Assembly (NCBI RefSeq): GCF_009914755.1
Contig: NC_060941.1
DNA from: the human T2T-CHM13v2.0 reference genome, Homo sapiens
Direction: 5' to 3' (one strand)
DNA length: 64,000 nucleotides
The translations under genes and the position numbers were made by a program. The notes beneath the pieces were generated by a model. It made no database searches. It saw only the letters and a program-made list of their open reading frames with translations, and had not been told where the DNA came from. Shown here one piece after another: positions 42,415 through 57,699 of this stretch (the stretch's first letter is position 1; each line of letters starts with the position of its first letter).

Positions 42415-42986
42415 TTTTTTTTTTACTGGGGTAAAATATATGTAACATAAAATTTAACATCTTAGTTATTTTTAATTGTACAGTTCAGTAGCATTAAATA
42501 TATTCATAATGTTGTATAACCATCACCACCATCCATCTCTATACCACTTTCATCTTATGAAACTGGAACTCTATCCTCATTAAACACTGACTTCCCATTC
42601 CCCTCTCCCAGGCCCTGGTGACCACTATTCTACTTTGTTTCTATGAGTCTGACTGCTATAGGTACCTCATATCAGTGGACTCTTACAATAGTCGTCCTTT
42701 TGTGCCTGGCTTATTTCACTCAGCATCATGTCCTCAAGGTTCATCTGTGTTTTAGCATGTGTCAGGCTTTCCTTTTTTAAGGCTGAATCATAATCGACTG
42801 TAATGTATACACCATATTTTGCTTATCCGTTCATCTGTTGATGGACACTTTGGTTGTTTCCACCTCTTAACTATTGTGAATAATGCTTCTAGAAACATGG
42901 GTGTACAAATACCTCTTCAAAACCCTGCTTTCAGTTCTTTAGAGTGTATACCTAGAAGTGGAATTGCTGGATCATATGGTAGTTCT
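42415..42986 (-). mobile_element. L1MB 3' end
   Basis: cagttcagtagcattaaatatattcataatgttg...ggaattgctggatcatatggtagttct. Confidence 0.9.
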
Positions 42987-43240
42987 GATGTAGGAGAGGC
43001 ACACCCCAAAATTGGGGCTTAGCCCAGGAGGGTCCTTGGCTTCATCCAGGAAATAATTCAAGGGGAAGCCAGCAGTGTTAGACAGCAATCTTTTATTGAA
43101 ACAGAGCTGCTCCTTGCAGAACAGGGCTAACTCATAGGCAGTGCACCTAGAGTCAGCAACGTATGGGCTGTTGGCAACTCTATTTATACTCATGTAAACC
43201 CACTTTCAATTACATGCAAATTAAGGGGTGGGTTAATGCT
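42987..43240 (-). mobile_element. ERV1 MER4-group LTR fragment (MER51-like)
   Basis: tgatgtaggagaggcacaccccaaaattggggcttagccc terminus. Confidence 0.7.
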
Positions 43241-43249
43241 AAGGGTTCT

Positions 43250-43550
43250 AATGGATAAAGTAGTCAGCATGCAAGAATAGGTGGGCAATGTAACCAGAGA
43301 CAGAAACCCTGAGAAAAACCAAAAAGGAAATGCAGGCAAACAACAGCACTAACAAAAATGAAGACTGACTTTGTTGGGCTTATCAGTTAGCTTGGATAGG
43401 GCTGAACAAAGAATCTCTGAACTGGAGGCTATATCAATAGAAACCTCCAGAACTAAAAAAGAAAGAGAACAAAGACTCAGGAAAACACAATAGAATATCC
43501 AAGAACTGTGGAACAACTATAAAAGGTATAACATACGCACAATGGGAGTA
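43250..43550 (+). mobile_element. L1M ORF1 fragment
   Basis: agaatatccaagaactgtggaacaactataaaagg. Confidence 0.8.
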
Positions 43551-45113
43551 CTGCTATGGGAGTCCCAGGAAACTAATACAATCTGCTGAGAGGCCGAACA
43601 ATGCTGTATACTATAGTATTGGTCACCATTTGTTGACTGTGTGTGTACTTTAACCTACCAAGGAAGAGGGTATTGCTGTGCTCATTTCACAGATGAGGAT
43701 GCTGAGACCCATGGTGGTTATGCATCCTTGCCAAGCCCCTGTTCCAGGAAGAGAAATTCCAGATCTAACTGACCTGAGCCTGTGTGCAGCTGCTGTGCTC
43801 TGCTACCCACATCTGTAGGCTCTGATGAGCCATGAGATGTTCACTCTAGCTTTGCTGAAGCCCCATGTCCAGACTGGCCATGTGGAGACCCACAGCACTG
43901 GGGATATATCTCTGGTTTCAGGTCCAGGAACCCGGTTCTGCAGCCCAACCTCAATGTCATGGGCTGCCTTGACAAATGCTGTGCCTGCTGACCTGGCCTG
44001 GGGCTCCCAACAGCTGCAGGGGGGCCTTCCACTGCCTCCCTGTCCTCTGTGCCATTTCCCCACCTGGCCCCAAACTGCTTGAAACCATCACTCGACTACC
44101 AGCCTCTTCCCACTACTGTCAGGGACATATTTGCTGCTGTCAGTGGCTGCATTGCACAGAAGCGAAGAGAAAAATGGTTTCAGACTCTGAAGCCACTACT
44201 GGAGGCGGAGGTGTTCGGATTAACTCTGCAGTCCTTTGGAACAGCTGTTTCCTGGCTGTTCCACTCTAACATGTGAATGCTCTCAAGGCTATTCACAATA
44301 TTACTTCCACCTTCCTAGAGAAAGATGCTGCAGAAATAAGCCAGGCAAATTGTCTCTGTGCGATGACATACACAGTAGGTGCTTAAGAAATGTTGGCTGG
44401 ATTGATCTGAAAATAAGCATGCACAAACAGCAGCCATGCGCTATTCCCTTCCATCTGCTGGAAGGCTGGCATTGAAACCTTCCTCCTCCTGGTAGTCTTT
44501 TGCCAGAGAACCAGGCATGCTTGCCCAGAGAGCTGCCTCTTGAGGGTAGGGCCCTGGAGGCTCCTGCTACAAAGCAATCTCAGAAGGCTTATCACAGAGT
44601 GTCAGGTGAAAAGGGCAAGATACAGCTGCACTTGCAGCATCATCTCAGCCGTGTGAAAAATATGTGCATAGAAAATGCCTGGAAGGGATGCAAAGAAGAA
44701 AGAGTTTATATAAGTAGATCCACAAATGCAGGTGGATGCATTTTTTTTTTCTGGAAAGAATCACAGAAACTGTTAAGTTAATTTGGGGGAAAGAGCTAGG
44801 TTGATGGGAAGGTGACTTTCACAGTGGCCCCCTTTTGTGGTCTGTTTTCTAACTTTATGTGTGTGTGACTTTTATTCATACTTCAAATGTTAGCAGGGTT
44901 ATTGGGTAGCACAATTTTGGTCCTTTTGTTTGCTTTCTTTATCTGTACCTCTCCAGAGTAAAAAGCATTTTTAGTAATCAATTAATTTTTATTCATGTCG
45001 TCAAACAAATGAAATAGAAAATTCAACATGCAAAAAAAAAAAAAAAGACTGAAAACAATATGGCAGGATTTTAATAATGGTAATCTCCAGTTAGGTAGAT
45101 TATTGGATTAAGA

Positions 45114-45415
45114 TTTTTTTTAATTTTATTATTATTATACTTTAAGTTTTAGGGTACATGTGCACAACGTGCAGGTTTGTTACATATGTATACATGTGCC
45201 ATGTTGGTGTGCTGTACCCATTAACTCGTCATTTAGCATTAGGTATATCTCCTAATGCTATCCCTCCCCCCGCCCCCCACCCCACAACAGTCCCCAGAGT
45301 GTGATGTTCCCCTTCCTGTGTCCATGTGTTCTCATTGTTCAATTCCCACCTATGAGTGAGAACATGCGGTATTTGGGTTTTTGTCCTTGTGGTAGTTTCA
45401 GCAAACTGTCGCAAG
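45114..45415 (-). mobile_element. Young 5'-truncated L1PA (PA2/PA3-like) with short 5' inversion
   Basis: Near-consensus L1 3' UTR antisense (tatactttaagttttagggtacatgtgcac), sense segment cagcaaactgtcgcaag at 45399, TSD aagatttt. Confidence 0.92.
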
Positions 45416-45779
45416 ATTTTATTTCTTCATGTTTGATCTCTCTTGCAGCCCAGACAAGTAATTGTAAAGGGAAAATAAAATACCCAGACAACAGCAGGGA
45501 AAACCATGAATTGGTGACTTTATTTGAGGAGAGGGCACCCAACTGTCCCCTCCCCAACCCATCATGCTTGCTCTGTCCTTAGTTGCAAATTCCCTTTGGG
45601 ATCTGGATTCCTAATTCATGAACCCTCCCTTTTGCATGGATCAGGGCTAATGTGCTGTGTCAGTAATAGTTTTTGTTGCCTGAGAAAACACAAATTCAAA
45701 GAAAAATCTTAATAGTGAATTGTGGCCCCTGGGGGAAGACACTGAACAGACAATCAGGACCAATATGGTTAAGACCACT

Positions 45780-46113
45780 GCTTTGGGTTGGCTGTGTCCC
45801 CACCCAAATCTCATCTTGAATTATAGTTGCCATAATCCCTATGTGTCGTGGAGGAACCAGGTGGAGATAATTGACTCATGGGGGCAGTTTCCCTCTTCCT
45901 GTTCTCATGATAGTGAGTTCTTGCAAGATGTGATGGTTATATATGGGGTTTCCCCCTTCACTCAGCCCTTGTTCTTCTTCTCTTCCACCATGATTGTAAG
46001 TTTCCTGAGGCCTCTCCCGCCATGCTGAACTGTGAGTCAATTAAACTTCTTTCCTTCATAAATTACCCAGTCTCAGGTATGTCCTTAGAGCAGCAAGAGA
46101 ATGGGCCACTACA
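45780..46113 (+). mobile_element. THE1-family solo LTR (internally deleted) inserted in a MIR
   Basis: ggctgtgtccccacccaaatctcatcttg...aattacccagtctcaggtatg; MIR resumes 46130-46310. Confidence 0.88.
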
Positions 46114-46511
46114 ACCACAGACTCTGCAAGCAAACTCCCTGGAGTCCCCGTCCATTGGTTTACTAGCTGTGTGACTTTGGGCAAATGACTTAACTCCTCT
46201 GTGCTTCATGTCCTCATCTGTAAAATGGGTATAGTCAGTGTTCCTAACAGATAGGGTCATTTGTGAGGCTTCTAAGAAGGACAATGGGTGGTACATATGA
46301 AGTGCCTACCAAAGGATGGCTGTGATTCTTCTTGCAGGGTGGACGCCTTTCCCGGCAGTTCGTCTCAGCACCACAGCCTGGGTGCCTGCATCGCCTGCAC
46401 CATGCATACAGAAGCTAACACCAGGCTGTATCAATTCCGGGGCCCAAGAGAGAAACAGGATGTCCCATGTGACTTCTGCTACTTTGGAGTGGGGTCTTCC
46501 AGGAATCTTTG

Positions 46512-46881
46512 TGATATGGCTTGGTTATGTCCCCACCCAAATCTCATCTTGAATTGTAATTCTCACAATTCCCACGTGTCATGGGAGGATCCCAGTGGGA
46601 GGTGATTGAATTAAGGAGAGGGGGAGTCTTTCCTGCACTGTTCTCGTGATAGTGAATGAGTCTTGCAAGAACCGATGGTTTTACAAATGGGAGTTTCCCT
46701 GCACACGCTCTTTTTGCCTGCTGCCATCCACATAAGATGTGACTTGCTCCTCCTTGCCTTCCATCACGATTGTGAGGCCTCCCTAGCCATGTGGAACTGT
46801 AGGTCCAATAAACCTTTTTCTTTTGTAAATTGCCCAGTCTCGGGTGTGTCTTTTTCAGCAGTGTGAAAACGGACTAATACA
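46512..46881 (+). mobile_element. THE1A/B solo LTR
   Basis: tgatatgg...ggactaataca; exact TSD ctttg. Confidence 0.95.
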
Positions 46882-47464
46882 CTTTGGGTAATAGGAAGAG
46901 CTGAGGGATGTTAAGTACATTTCCTCCAGCCCAGAGGTGAGGGGCAGGTGGAGTCGGGGAGAGGCAACTGCCACAGGCTGGACATCTGTATCCAGGCTGG
47001 CCCAAGTGGGCTCTGACAAGGCTAAGGATGGCAAGTGGGCAAGCACAGAGGAGGGGCCGGGAAACTGGCCCTCACCCGGCCCTGATGGGAGGGGAGGAAG
47101 AGGGTGGTTGGCTCTGGAGTGAGGGGGCCCTTGTGTTAGCTCTGACAGGAACTCTCTGCAGGCTTTGCAGAATGGCAAATTTTGAGTTGGGAGAATTCAA
47201 AATAATAGGAACTTTCAAAACCCATTCCTGCTTAGCCCTTTCCTGGTGCAGCAAAGATCCTGTGGATCAGGGAGCACTGCGGATGTTCATTTAACATCAT
47301 AGAGACAGAAGGAAGCCTAACCGTGAGCTTCCAGGATGGTGTCTGTGGCCCCAGCGTAAGTGGAGGATGCCGGGAGCAAGTGCAACACACAGGTTTCTGA
47401 CCTGAGACGCCCAGGGGTGTGCAGAGGTGGTGGTGGGCATATCAGTTATAAATAGGCACTGGTA

Positions 47465-48175
<711 letters not shown>

Positions 48176-48719
48176 GGTATTTTTTTTAAACCAAAAATTA
48201 CCTTTGATATGTCTGCACACATAGAATAAGCTGTCTGTTTGCTTTGCTTTGTCCGGGTGCAGTTGTCCTCTGATGACTCAAGTGCCAGTGACATCCACTC
48301 TGTCCTGGGACTTGCTACCATCCAAGTTCTGTCCCGGGTGTGTGGATGAGTCCCCAGCATGATCCATGCCTTCAAGGAGCTCAGGGGGATGAGGGGCAGG
48401 GGACACAGGAGTGTGGACAGCAGCCGCCGTGATCCCACACTGCTTCCCATCCAGAGAGGAAGAAGTGATGAACTGGTGTTGGGAAAATGGAGCTGAAGCT
48501 GATGACCGGGGAGCAGGTGGAGTTTGGAAAAGTGGCCTAGGGTTCCTCCAGCTTCAGAGGCAGAAGAGCTTTCCTGGAAGAGGAGCCACTCTCGGCCAAG
48601 GCAGGAAAATGTGAAGAAAACGCAGCACGTTGGTTGGATCTCATTTTGTCTGACGAATGTCAGGGCCCTGTGGGAGATGAGGAGGGAGGGGACACAGAGC
48701 ACCCGAGGGAAGGGTCCTG

Positions 48720-48880
48720 CCATCCAGGCTGCAATTAGTTTACCCTGCGCAGGTGCGGAGCTGGTGAAGGATGTCAGTCGGGAGCAACACAATCAGACTC
48801 CATTTTCTTAGGATAACTCTGATATAAAAATGCATAACTAATTGCTAATAAATAATTTATCAACATTATTCAAAGCTTGG
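48720..48880. promoter_or_regulatory. Candidate enhancer
   Basis: CAATTAG, TGTCAG, ATGCATAA, CTAATTG 48838, TAATAAATAATTTATC in unique DNA. Confidence 0.3.
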
Positions 48881-49189
48881 AGTCTGGGTGGGGGCTGGGT
48901 ATAAGTCATAGGCTCATTGACTGTGAAGCGAGGAGACCCTCCCCAGCAGGGGTTTCTGTCTGCTGAGCCATCTCATCACCACGTGCTCTGAAATGGATGT
49001 CTCCTTCTCTGAACTTCAGCGTCCTTAACTGAGGAAAGGGCCTGAAAGTTGATCAATACCATCCATGCCAGCCCTAAAACTGTTAGCTTAGCATAAGAAA
49101 CGGTACACACATCAAGGGATTCCAAGGAGCAGCAGGAGAGAGGAGAGCTCAGAGAAGCAACACTGTATTTACTTTTAAATACAGGTTTC

Positions 49190-49496
<307 letters not shown>

Positions 49497-49505
49497 ACAG
49501 GTTTC

Positions 49506-49675
49506 CATGTTAATCCTCACCACAGTCCTGATCATAAGATGTTATGATCTCATTTTACAGATGGGGCAACAGAGAGTGAGGTTAGGGGACTTGCCCAGGG
49601 TTACACAGTTAGCAAGCTGCAGAAGTGGGATTCGAACCTGGGTCCTCCCATCAACCCATGCTCTATCCCTACTGA
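49506..49675 (-). mobile_element. MIR
   Basis: cattttacagatggggcaacagag...gacttgcccagggttacacag. Confidence 0.85.
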
Positions 49676-50439
49676 GTTAACAAGCCACATCTCTGGCTAG
49701 TCCCTGACCAGTCCTAGCCCTCTCCCATCTCTGCCCCCTCTTTGCATCCAGCTGTCCCTTGAGCACTGAGTCCCAGTCACGCTAAAATAACTGACACCTT
49801 TTCCTCTCTCTCAGGTACAGTTGAGTCTGGGTTGTTATTGCTATGGATTCTCAGGGACACAGGGGTTAACTCCACTGGAAATCATATGAGTAAGGTGGCA
49901 ACAGAGTAAAGCTCACAGTGATGAACAGATAATGACCTGATGAAAAATCGCCTCATTGCAGATCATTAGCTATCTTCCCTCAATAATGCGGTTGAGCCGA
50001 AGGCCACAGTAGGTTTTCCTCTGTTGTTTGTTTATTGGAATCTGTCTCCAAAAAGTATAAAAGTGTGGTGGGCTCCTCACACTGGCTGGAGAGTGCCCAG
50101 CTGCTCAAGGTGAATATTTGTGTTGGGGGGAATATCATCCTGGTATTGAAAAACAGGACAGAGCTCTCCAGAAGGATCTGGACACTGATTTTTAGTTACT
50201 AGCTAAGTGTTTGGGAAATCCACTTGTCGTAGGTGGGGTATTCTGAGAAGCAGATTCTGAGACAGAGCTCTGTGTGCAGAGAGGATTCGCGTCTATGGGG
50301 GCAAAGGATCAGCATCAGGCAGAGAGAGAAACTGAACTCTGCTGAGGTCGCAACAAAGACCTCAGTGGATCCCACGGAAGCGCTGGAGCCAGGATCACTT
50401 TTGTAGGGGCCTGACTGGTGAATTAAGGGGCAGAGGCAT

Positions 50440-50855
50440 ATGGACTGCATGTGTCCCTCCAAAATTTATATATTGAAGCCCTAACCCTCAGTGCGATTGT
50501 ACTTGGAGATAGGGCCTTTACAGAATGAATTAAGGTGAAATGAGGCTGTAAATGTGGAGCTCTGATCCTATTGCACTGTGGCCTTACAAGAGGAGGAGAC
50601 ACCAGAGCTTGCTCGTGTGCTTTTGCTCTGCCCTCGACACCCTGTCTCCCTGAGCATCCACAGATAAAAAGCCACGTGAGGACACAGTGAAAAGACGGCT
50701 GTCCGAAGCCAGGACGACAGCCCTCACAGGGTACCAACTCTGCCAATACCTTGATCTTGGACTTCTAGCCCCTAGAACTCTAGGAACATAAATTTCCTGT
50801 TGCTTAAGCCCCCTATTCTGTGGTTGGTTCTTTGTTATGGACATTCTTTGTTAAT
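50440..50855 (+). mobile_element. MLT1A0-like solo LTR
   Basis: tatggactgcatgtgtccctccaaaatttatatattgaagccctaac. Confidence 0.88.
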
Positions 50856-51359
50856 ATAGGGGACATATGACCACCTCTGCTCCCATTTCCTCAGGATGGA
50901 ATATTGGTTTTGATTTTTCTTCTTTTTTAGTTAACTTTGTTGAAACAGAATTTGCATACAATAAATTTCGCCCATTTTAGTGTGCATTTGATGAGTTTTG
51001 ACAAATGTAAGCAGTAGTGTAATCACCATCATAATCATACTATAGAACATTCCCATTACCTTGAAAAGTTTTCTCCTGCCCTTATATACTCAATTCTCTC
51101 TCCCTCATCCCCCGACCTCTGCCATCTGGGCTCCCGCCGATCTGCTTTCTCTCACTATAGTTTTGCCTTTTCCGGAATTTTATATAAATGGAATCATGTA
51201 ATATGGAGTCTTCTGTATCTATCTTTTTTTACCTCCCACAATGCTTTGGAGATTCAACCATGTCATTGCCTGTGTCAGTAGGTCATTCCTTTTAATTGAT
51301 GAGTAGCACAGCATTATATGGATATGCCAAATATTTATTCATTGATGGACATTTGGGTT

Positions 51360-51738
51360 TGCTCTGATTTGAATGTGTCCCCAAATTTCATGTGTTGGAA
51401 ACTTAATCCCCAAATTGATATGCTGATGGCTTTTGGAGGTGGGGCCTTTGGGAGGTCATCAGGATTAGGTAAGGTCCTCAGGGTGGAGCCCTCATGATGA
51501 GACTGGTGGCTTTATAAAAAAAAAAAAAAGAAAAGAGATGGGAGTTGGCACCCTCTTGCCCTCTCATCACATGATGCCCTGTGCCACATGATGCCACAGC
51601 AAGAATGCCCTTACCAGATGCTGGCGCCATATTCTTGGACTTGTCAGGTTCCACAACTGTAAGAAATAAATTTCTTTTGTTTTATAAATTACCTAGTCTC
51701 AGGTATTCAATTGTAGCAACAGAAAATGGACTAAGACA
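51360..51738 (+). mobile_element. MST (B/C/D-like) solo LTR
   Basis: tttgaatgtgtccccaaatttcatgtgttggaaacttaatcccc...ggactaagaca; TSD gggtt/tggtt. Confidence 0.9.
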
Positions 51739-54700
51739 TGGTTGTTTTCAGTCTGCGGGTTTTATGAATAAAGCTGCCATGAATATGCAACATACAAGTC
51801 TTTGTATGGATCTATGTTTCATTTCTCTTGGCTAAATACCTAGGGGTGGGATTGCTGGGTCATATAAGTGTAGTTTAGCTATATTAGAAACTGCCCAACT
51901 GTTTCCCAAAATGGCCATGCCTTTTCAGATTTCCACCAACTATGTATAGAGTTCCAGTTGCTCCTTGTCTTCACCAACACTTGGCATTGCCAGCCTTTTT
52001 GATGCTAACCATTCTAGCAGGAGTGTAATGATTTCTCATTGTGGTTTTAATTTGCATTTCATTAATTATTGATGACATCATGCATGTCTTCAAGTGCTTA
52101 TTTGCCATGTATATATATTCTGTGATGAAGCATTCCAAATAGTTCACCCTTTCAAAAAATCCAAATTTTTCACCCATTTAAAAAAATTGAATTGTTTATA
52201 TAATTGAGTTCTAGATACAAGTCCTTTATCTCTTTATCTAATACATGTATGCAAGCCTTTTCTTTTAATCTAAGCATTGCCTTTTCATTTTCTTAACAGT
52301 TTATTTTGAAGAGCAAAAGTTTTTAATTTGATAAAATCCAATTTGACAATCTTTTTTATAGTTTCTGGCTTTTTGTTTACTTGTTTTGTTCTAAGAAACA
52401 TTTCCCTGACATCTTCCATATTTTCTTCTGAACATCTTAGAGTTTCAGCATGTATATTATTGTCTATAATCCATTTTAAGTTAATTTTGTATATGATGTT
52501 TAAAAATTGAGATTTTTATTTTCCCGTGTGAATATTTAATTTTTTCAGCACCATTTGTTGATAAGGCCATCCTTTCTCCTACTGAATTACTGGTACTGTT
52601 ATTAAAAACCAATTGGCCATATATGTGTGGACTCTGTTACATTGATCTACATGTCTATCTCTATGCCAATATCACACTGTCTTCATTACTGTAGCTTTAT
52701 AATAAGTCTTAAAACCACATAGTGTAAGCTTTCCAACTTTATTCTCTTCAAAATTATTTCGGCTGTTCTAACTGCTTATCATTTCCATATAAATTTTAGA
52801 ATCAACCTGTCAGTTTCTATTTTTAAAAAAGCTTGCTGACATTTTGATGTGATTACATTGTATATATAAATCAATTTGGGGAGGATGTGGAGTTTTACAG
52901 TATTGCTGCTTTGGATTCATTAACATGGTCTACTTCATTTATTTAGGTACTTTAAAATTTTTCTCAGAAGGTTTTGTAGTTTTCAATATATAGGTATTGT
53001 AATATTTTGTTAAATTATACCTAAGTATTTTACTTTTAGAAGTTCTTATAAACAGTATTGTTTCTTAATATAAATATCCAGTTTTCTGTTGCAAATATGT
53101 AGAAATACAATTTTTTATATTAACATTGCATCCTGTGACCTTGCTCACTTATTAGTTCCAGTAGCCTTTTTTGTACATTTCTTAGGATTGTCTACATAGA
53201 CAATCATATCTTTTGTGAAATAAAATTTTCATTTTGTCTTTCTAATTGATATGCCATTTACATCTTTTAATTATCTTATTGCCCAGGCTATGACTTCCAG
53301 CAAAATATTAAATAAAAGATAAAAGTGGATATTCTTGCCTTGTTCCTGATCATAGAGAGGAGCATTCAACCTTATGCCATTAAGTATGATGTCAGCTGCA
53401 AATTTTTTGTAGATGCCCTTTATCAAGTTGAGGAAATTCTCTTCTATTCCTAGTTAACTGAATTGGTTTTTTTTTTGTAATCATAAATCGTTTTGAATTT
53501 TGTCCAGTGTTTTCTTTACTAGATATAGAGATCTTTATATTTACATATTGCTCTTAAGTGAGCTTTGGTAACTTGTTTCACTTAAGGAAGTAGTACATTT
53601 CATCCAAGTTGTTAAATTAAGCTTTAAAGGTCTGTAGGATCTGTAGTGATGCCCCTCTTTTATTCTTGATGCTAGTAACCTGTGCTTCTCTCATTTCTTC
53701 TCTTAATTAATCTGGCTATAAGTTAATCAATTTCATTGATCTTTTCTAGGAATCAGCTTTTGGTTTTAGTAATTTCTTTGTTATTTGTTTAAGTTTTATT
53801 TCATTGATTTTTGCTCTTACCCTTACTATTGCCTTTCTTCTACTTACCTTGGGTCTAATTTGCTCTTTCTGTAGCTTTTTAAGGTGAAATTTTAGGTCAT
53901 CGATCTTAGGTTTTTCTTCTTTTCTAATATAATTATGTAATGCGTAAATTTATCATTAAGCACTCTTCAGCTGCATCTCACAAATTTTGATATATTGCAT
54001 TTTCTTTATTTAGCAGTTCAATGCTTTTTCTAATTTTTCTTGTGACATATATGTAATCTAGAAATCTAATTTAAGTTTTGTTTAATTTCAAATTTTGGGG
54101 ATTTCCAGATGTCTTTTTGTTATTGATTTTTTAAAATTTAATTTTGTTATCAGAAAGCATACTTCATATTACTTCAGTTCTATTAAATTTGTTAAGGTTT
54201 GTATTATGGCCAAGAATATGATCAATCTTGGTAAATATTACATATGCACTTAAAAGACTATGTATTCTGTTGCTGTTGGTTTTACAAATATCAATAAGGT
54301 CAAGTTGGTTGCTAGTGTAGTTTAAATCAATACATAATTATTTTCTATCTACTTGTTCCTTCACATATTGAGAGAAGAGTATTGAAATCTCTGCTATAAT
54401 TATAGATTTGTATATTTCTTCTCTCTATTCTATTTGTTTTTGCTTTAAATATTTAAGATTACATTGTTTTCTTGATGAATTTACTTCTTTATAATTATGG
54501 AATTCTCCCCTTTATTCCTAGTAGTATGTCTTGGTCTGAAGTCTACTTTGACATGCTGATATAGCCACTCTAATTTTCTTTTGATTAGTGTGTGTATGAT
54601 ATTTCTTTTTCCATTCTTTTACTTTTTAACCTTTCTATAGCTTTCTTATTTTGGTAGGCTTCATGTAGATAGTCAATACTTGGATATTACTATTTTATCC

Positions 54701-54902
54701 AATCTGACAATACTTGCATTTTAACTGTAATGTTAGAATATTAACATGTAATGCAATAATTTATACAGATCTACCATAGTAATATTTGTTTTCTCTTTGT
54801 TCCATCTGGGGTTTTTGCCCTTTTTCTTTCTTTTCTTTTCTTTTGAATTTATAGAGCAATTTTTATAATTCTGTTTTATATCCTACTACTATTGTATTAT
54901 AA

Positions 54903-55229
<327 letters not shown>

Positions 55230-55869
55230 TTTTAGTGGTTGCTCCATAGTTTACAATGTACATCTTAATTTATCACGATCTACTTCCAAAGAATGTTATA
55301 GCATTTCACGTATGGTGTAAAGACCTTAAAACGGTTTATTGTCATCCCCTACCTTCTATTTTTTGTGCTATTGTTGCCATGTATTTTCTTCATATACCTC
55401 TCAATGCATAATTATCATTTTTGCTTTTCTAGTCAATTATCTTTTCATGAGATTTTTTTAAATTAAAAGATATCTTTTATACCTTCCCACATATTTACCA
55501 TTTCTGATGCTCTTTATTTCTTTGTGTAGAGTCAAGTATTAATTTTCTGGCTGAAGAAATTTCTTTAACAGATCTTGTGGTGCATGCCTACCAGCAATAA
55601 ATTCTCTCATTTTTTTTCTTTGTCTAAAAAGGTCTGTATTTCATCTTTTTTTGAAACTTATTTGATATTTTCTGCTGGCTATATAATTCCAGGTGACTTT
55701 TTTTTCTTCCAGCACTTTAAATATGTCAGTCCATTTTCTCCTGGCTCTCATGGTTTCCAATAAGAAGTCTTCTGATATTCTTATTTTCATTCTTGTCTTT
55801 GACATTCTGATGTTAGACTACTTGATATTCTCCCACAGGTCACTGAAACTCTTCCTTCCTTTAAGCATT

Positions 55870-56530
<661 letters not shown>

Positions 56531-56709
56531 CCGAACTTCCTTTTTTGGATAGTTTCTATTGCTGTGTCTTCTGGTGCTCTAATTTTTCTTCTTCATGTGC
56601 AATCTGTTTTCAATCACACCCAATTTATTGTGTTGCAGTGTGTTTTCCATTTCTAGCAGTTTTATTTGGGTCTTTTTAATAGCTCTCATTTTTCTCCTGT
56701 GTGTGTTTT

Positions 56710-57039
56710 GCTCTCCATGATTTTGCTTTCCACAGTTTCAGTTACCTGTGGTTAACTGCAGTCTGAAAATAGGTGAATTTAGCACAATAAGATATTTTGA
56801 GAGACAGAGAGAAAAAGACCATGATCACATAACTTTTATTATAGCTTATTGTTATATGTTCTATTTTACTATTATTTATTATTGTTAATCTGTTACTGAG
56901 CCTAATTTATACATTAAACAGTATTATAGGCATGTATGTATAAGAAAAACCAGGTATATATAAGGTTCAGGACTATTTGCAGTTTCAGGCATCTACTGGG
57001 GACTTTGGAACATATGCTCCATGGATAAGAGAACCACTG
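56710..57039. mobile_element. MER44A-like (Tigger) DNA transposon
   Basis: cagtttcagttacctgtgg...aataagatattttgagaga...catctactggggactttggaac. Confidence 0.8.
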
Positions 57040-57045
57040 TATATA

Positions 57046-57051
57046 GTGTGT

Positions 57052-57094
<43 letters not shown>
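57046..57094. repeat. (TG)n microsatellite
   Basis: Near-pure dinucleotide run. Confidence 0.95.
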
Positions 57095-57096
<2 letters not shown>

Positions 57097-57699
57097 AGAG
57101 AGAGGTCCTTGTCTATTAATTCCATCATTCTAAAATTTTTAGATATATTTCTATTTATTGATTTTTTTTTCCTGGTCGTGCCTCTTACTTTCCTATTTCT
57201 TAGCATGCCTGGTAATTGTTAAATAAAATGTTAGACATGGTGAATTTTACATTGTTGAACACTAGTTTTCCTTGCATCCCTTTAAATGTTTTCGGATTTT
57301 GTTCTAGCATGCAGTTAAGTTCATTGTTTGGTCCTTTTGAGGCTCATTTTTAAGCTTTGTTCAGGGGGATCCAGAATGGCTTTTAGACTAACACTAAATT
57401 AGCCCCGATACAAAGGCAACATTCTTCTGTGGACTCCACTTAATCCCCGGCATTATGAAGTTTCTTCACTTTACCTACTGGGAACATGAGCAAAGTCCCA
57501 GCCTTTTGTGAGGCCCATGAAATGTTTGGGTACTTCTTCCTCTTTGTTCTTTCCGCAGCTTTGTGGATTTTTACGACATGCACGTGTGGGTGCACACACA
57601 AACACACACACACACACTCTCTCTCACAGGTCAGTACTCTGCCACTGAGTTGTGGGGACCACTCTGCAGATTTCTGAATCAATCTCTGTCTCTCTGAGT

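Noticed and set aside
46363-46386. REST/NRSE-like half site (tcagcaccac)
   Set aside because: Right half lacks GGACAG; too weak
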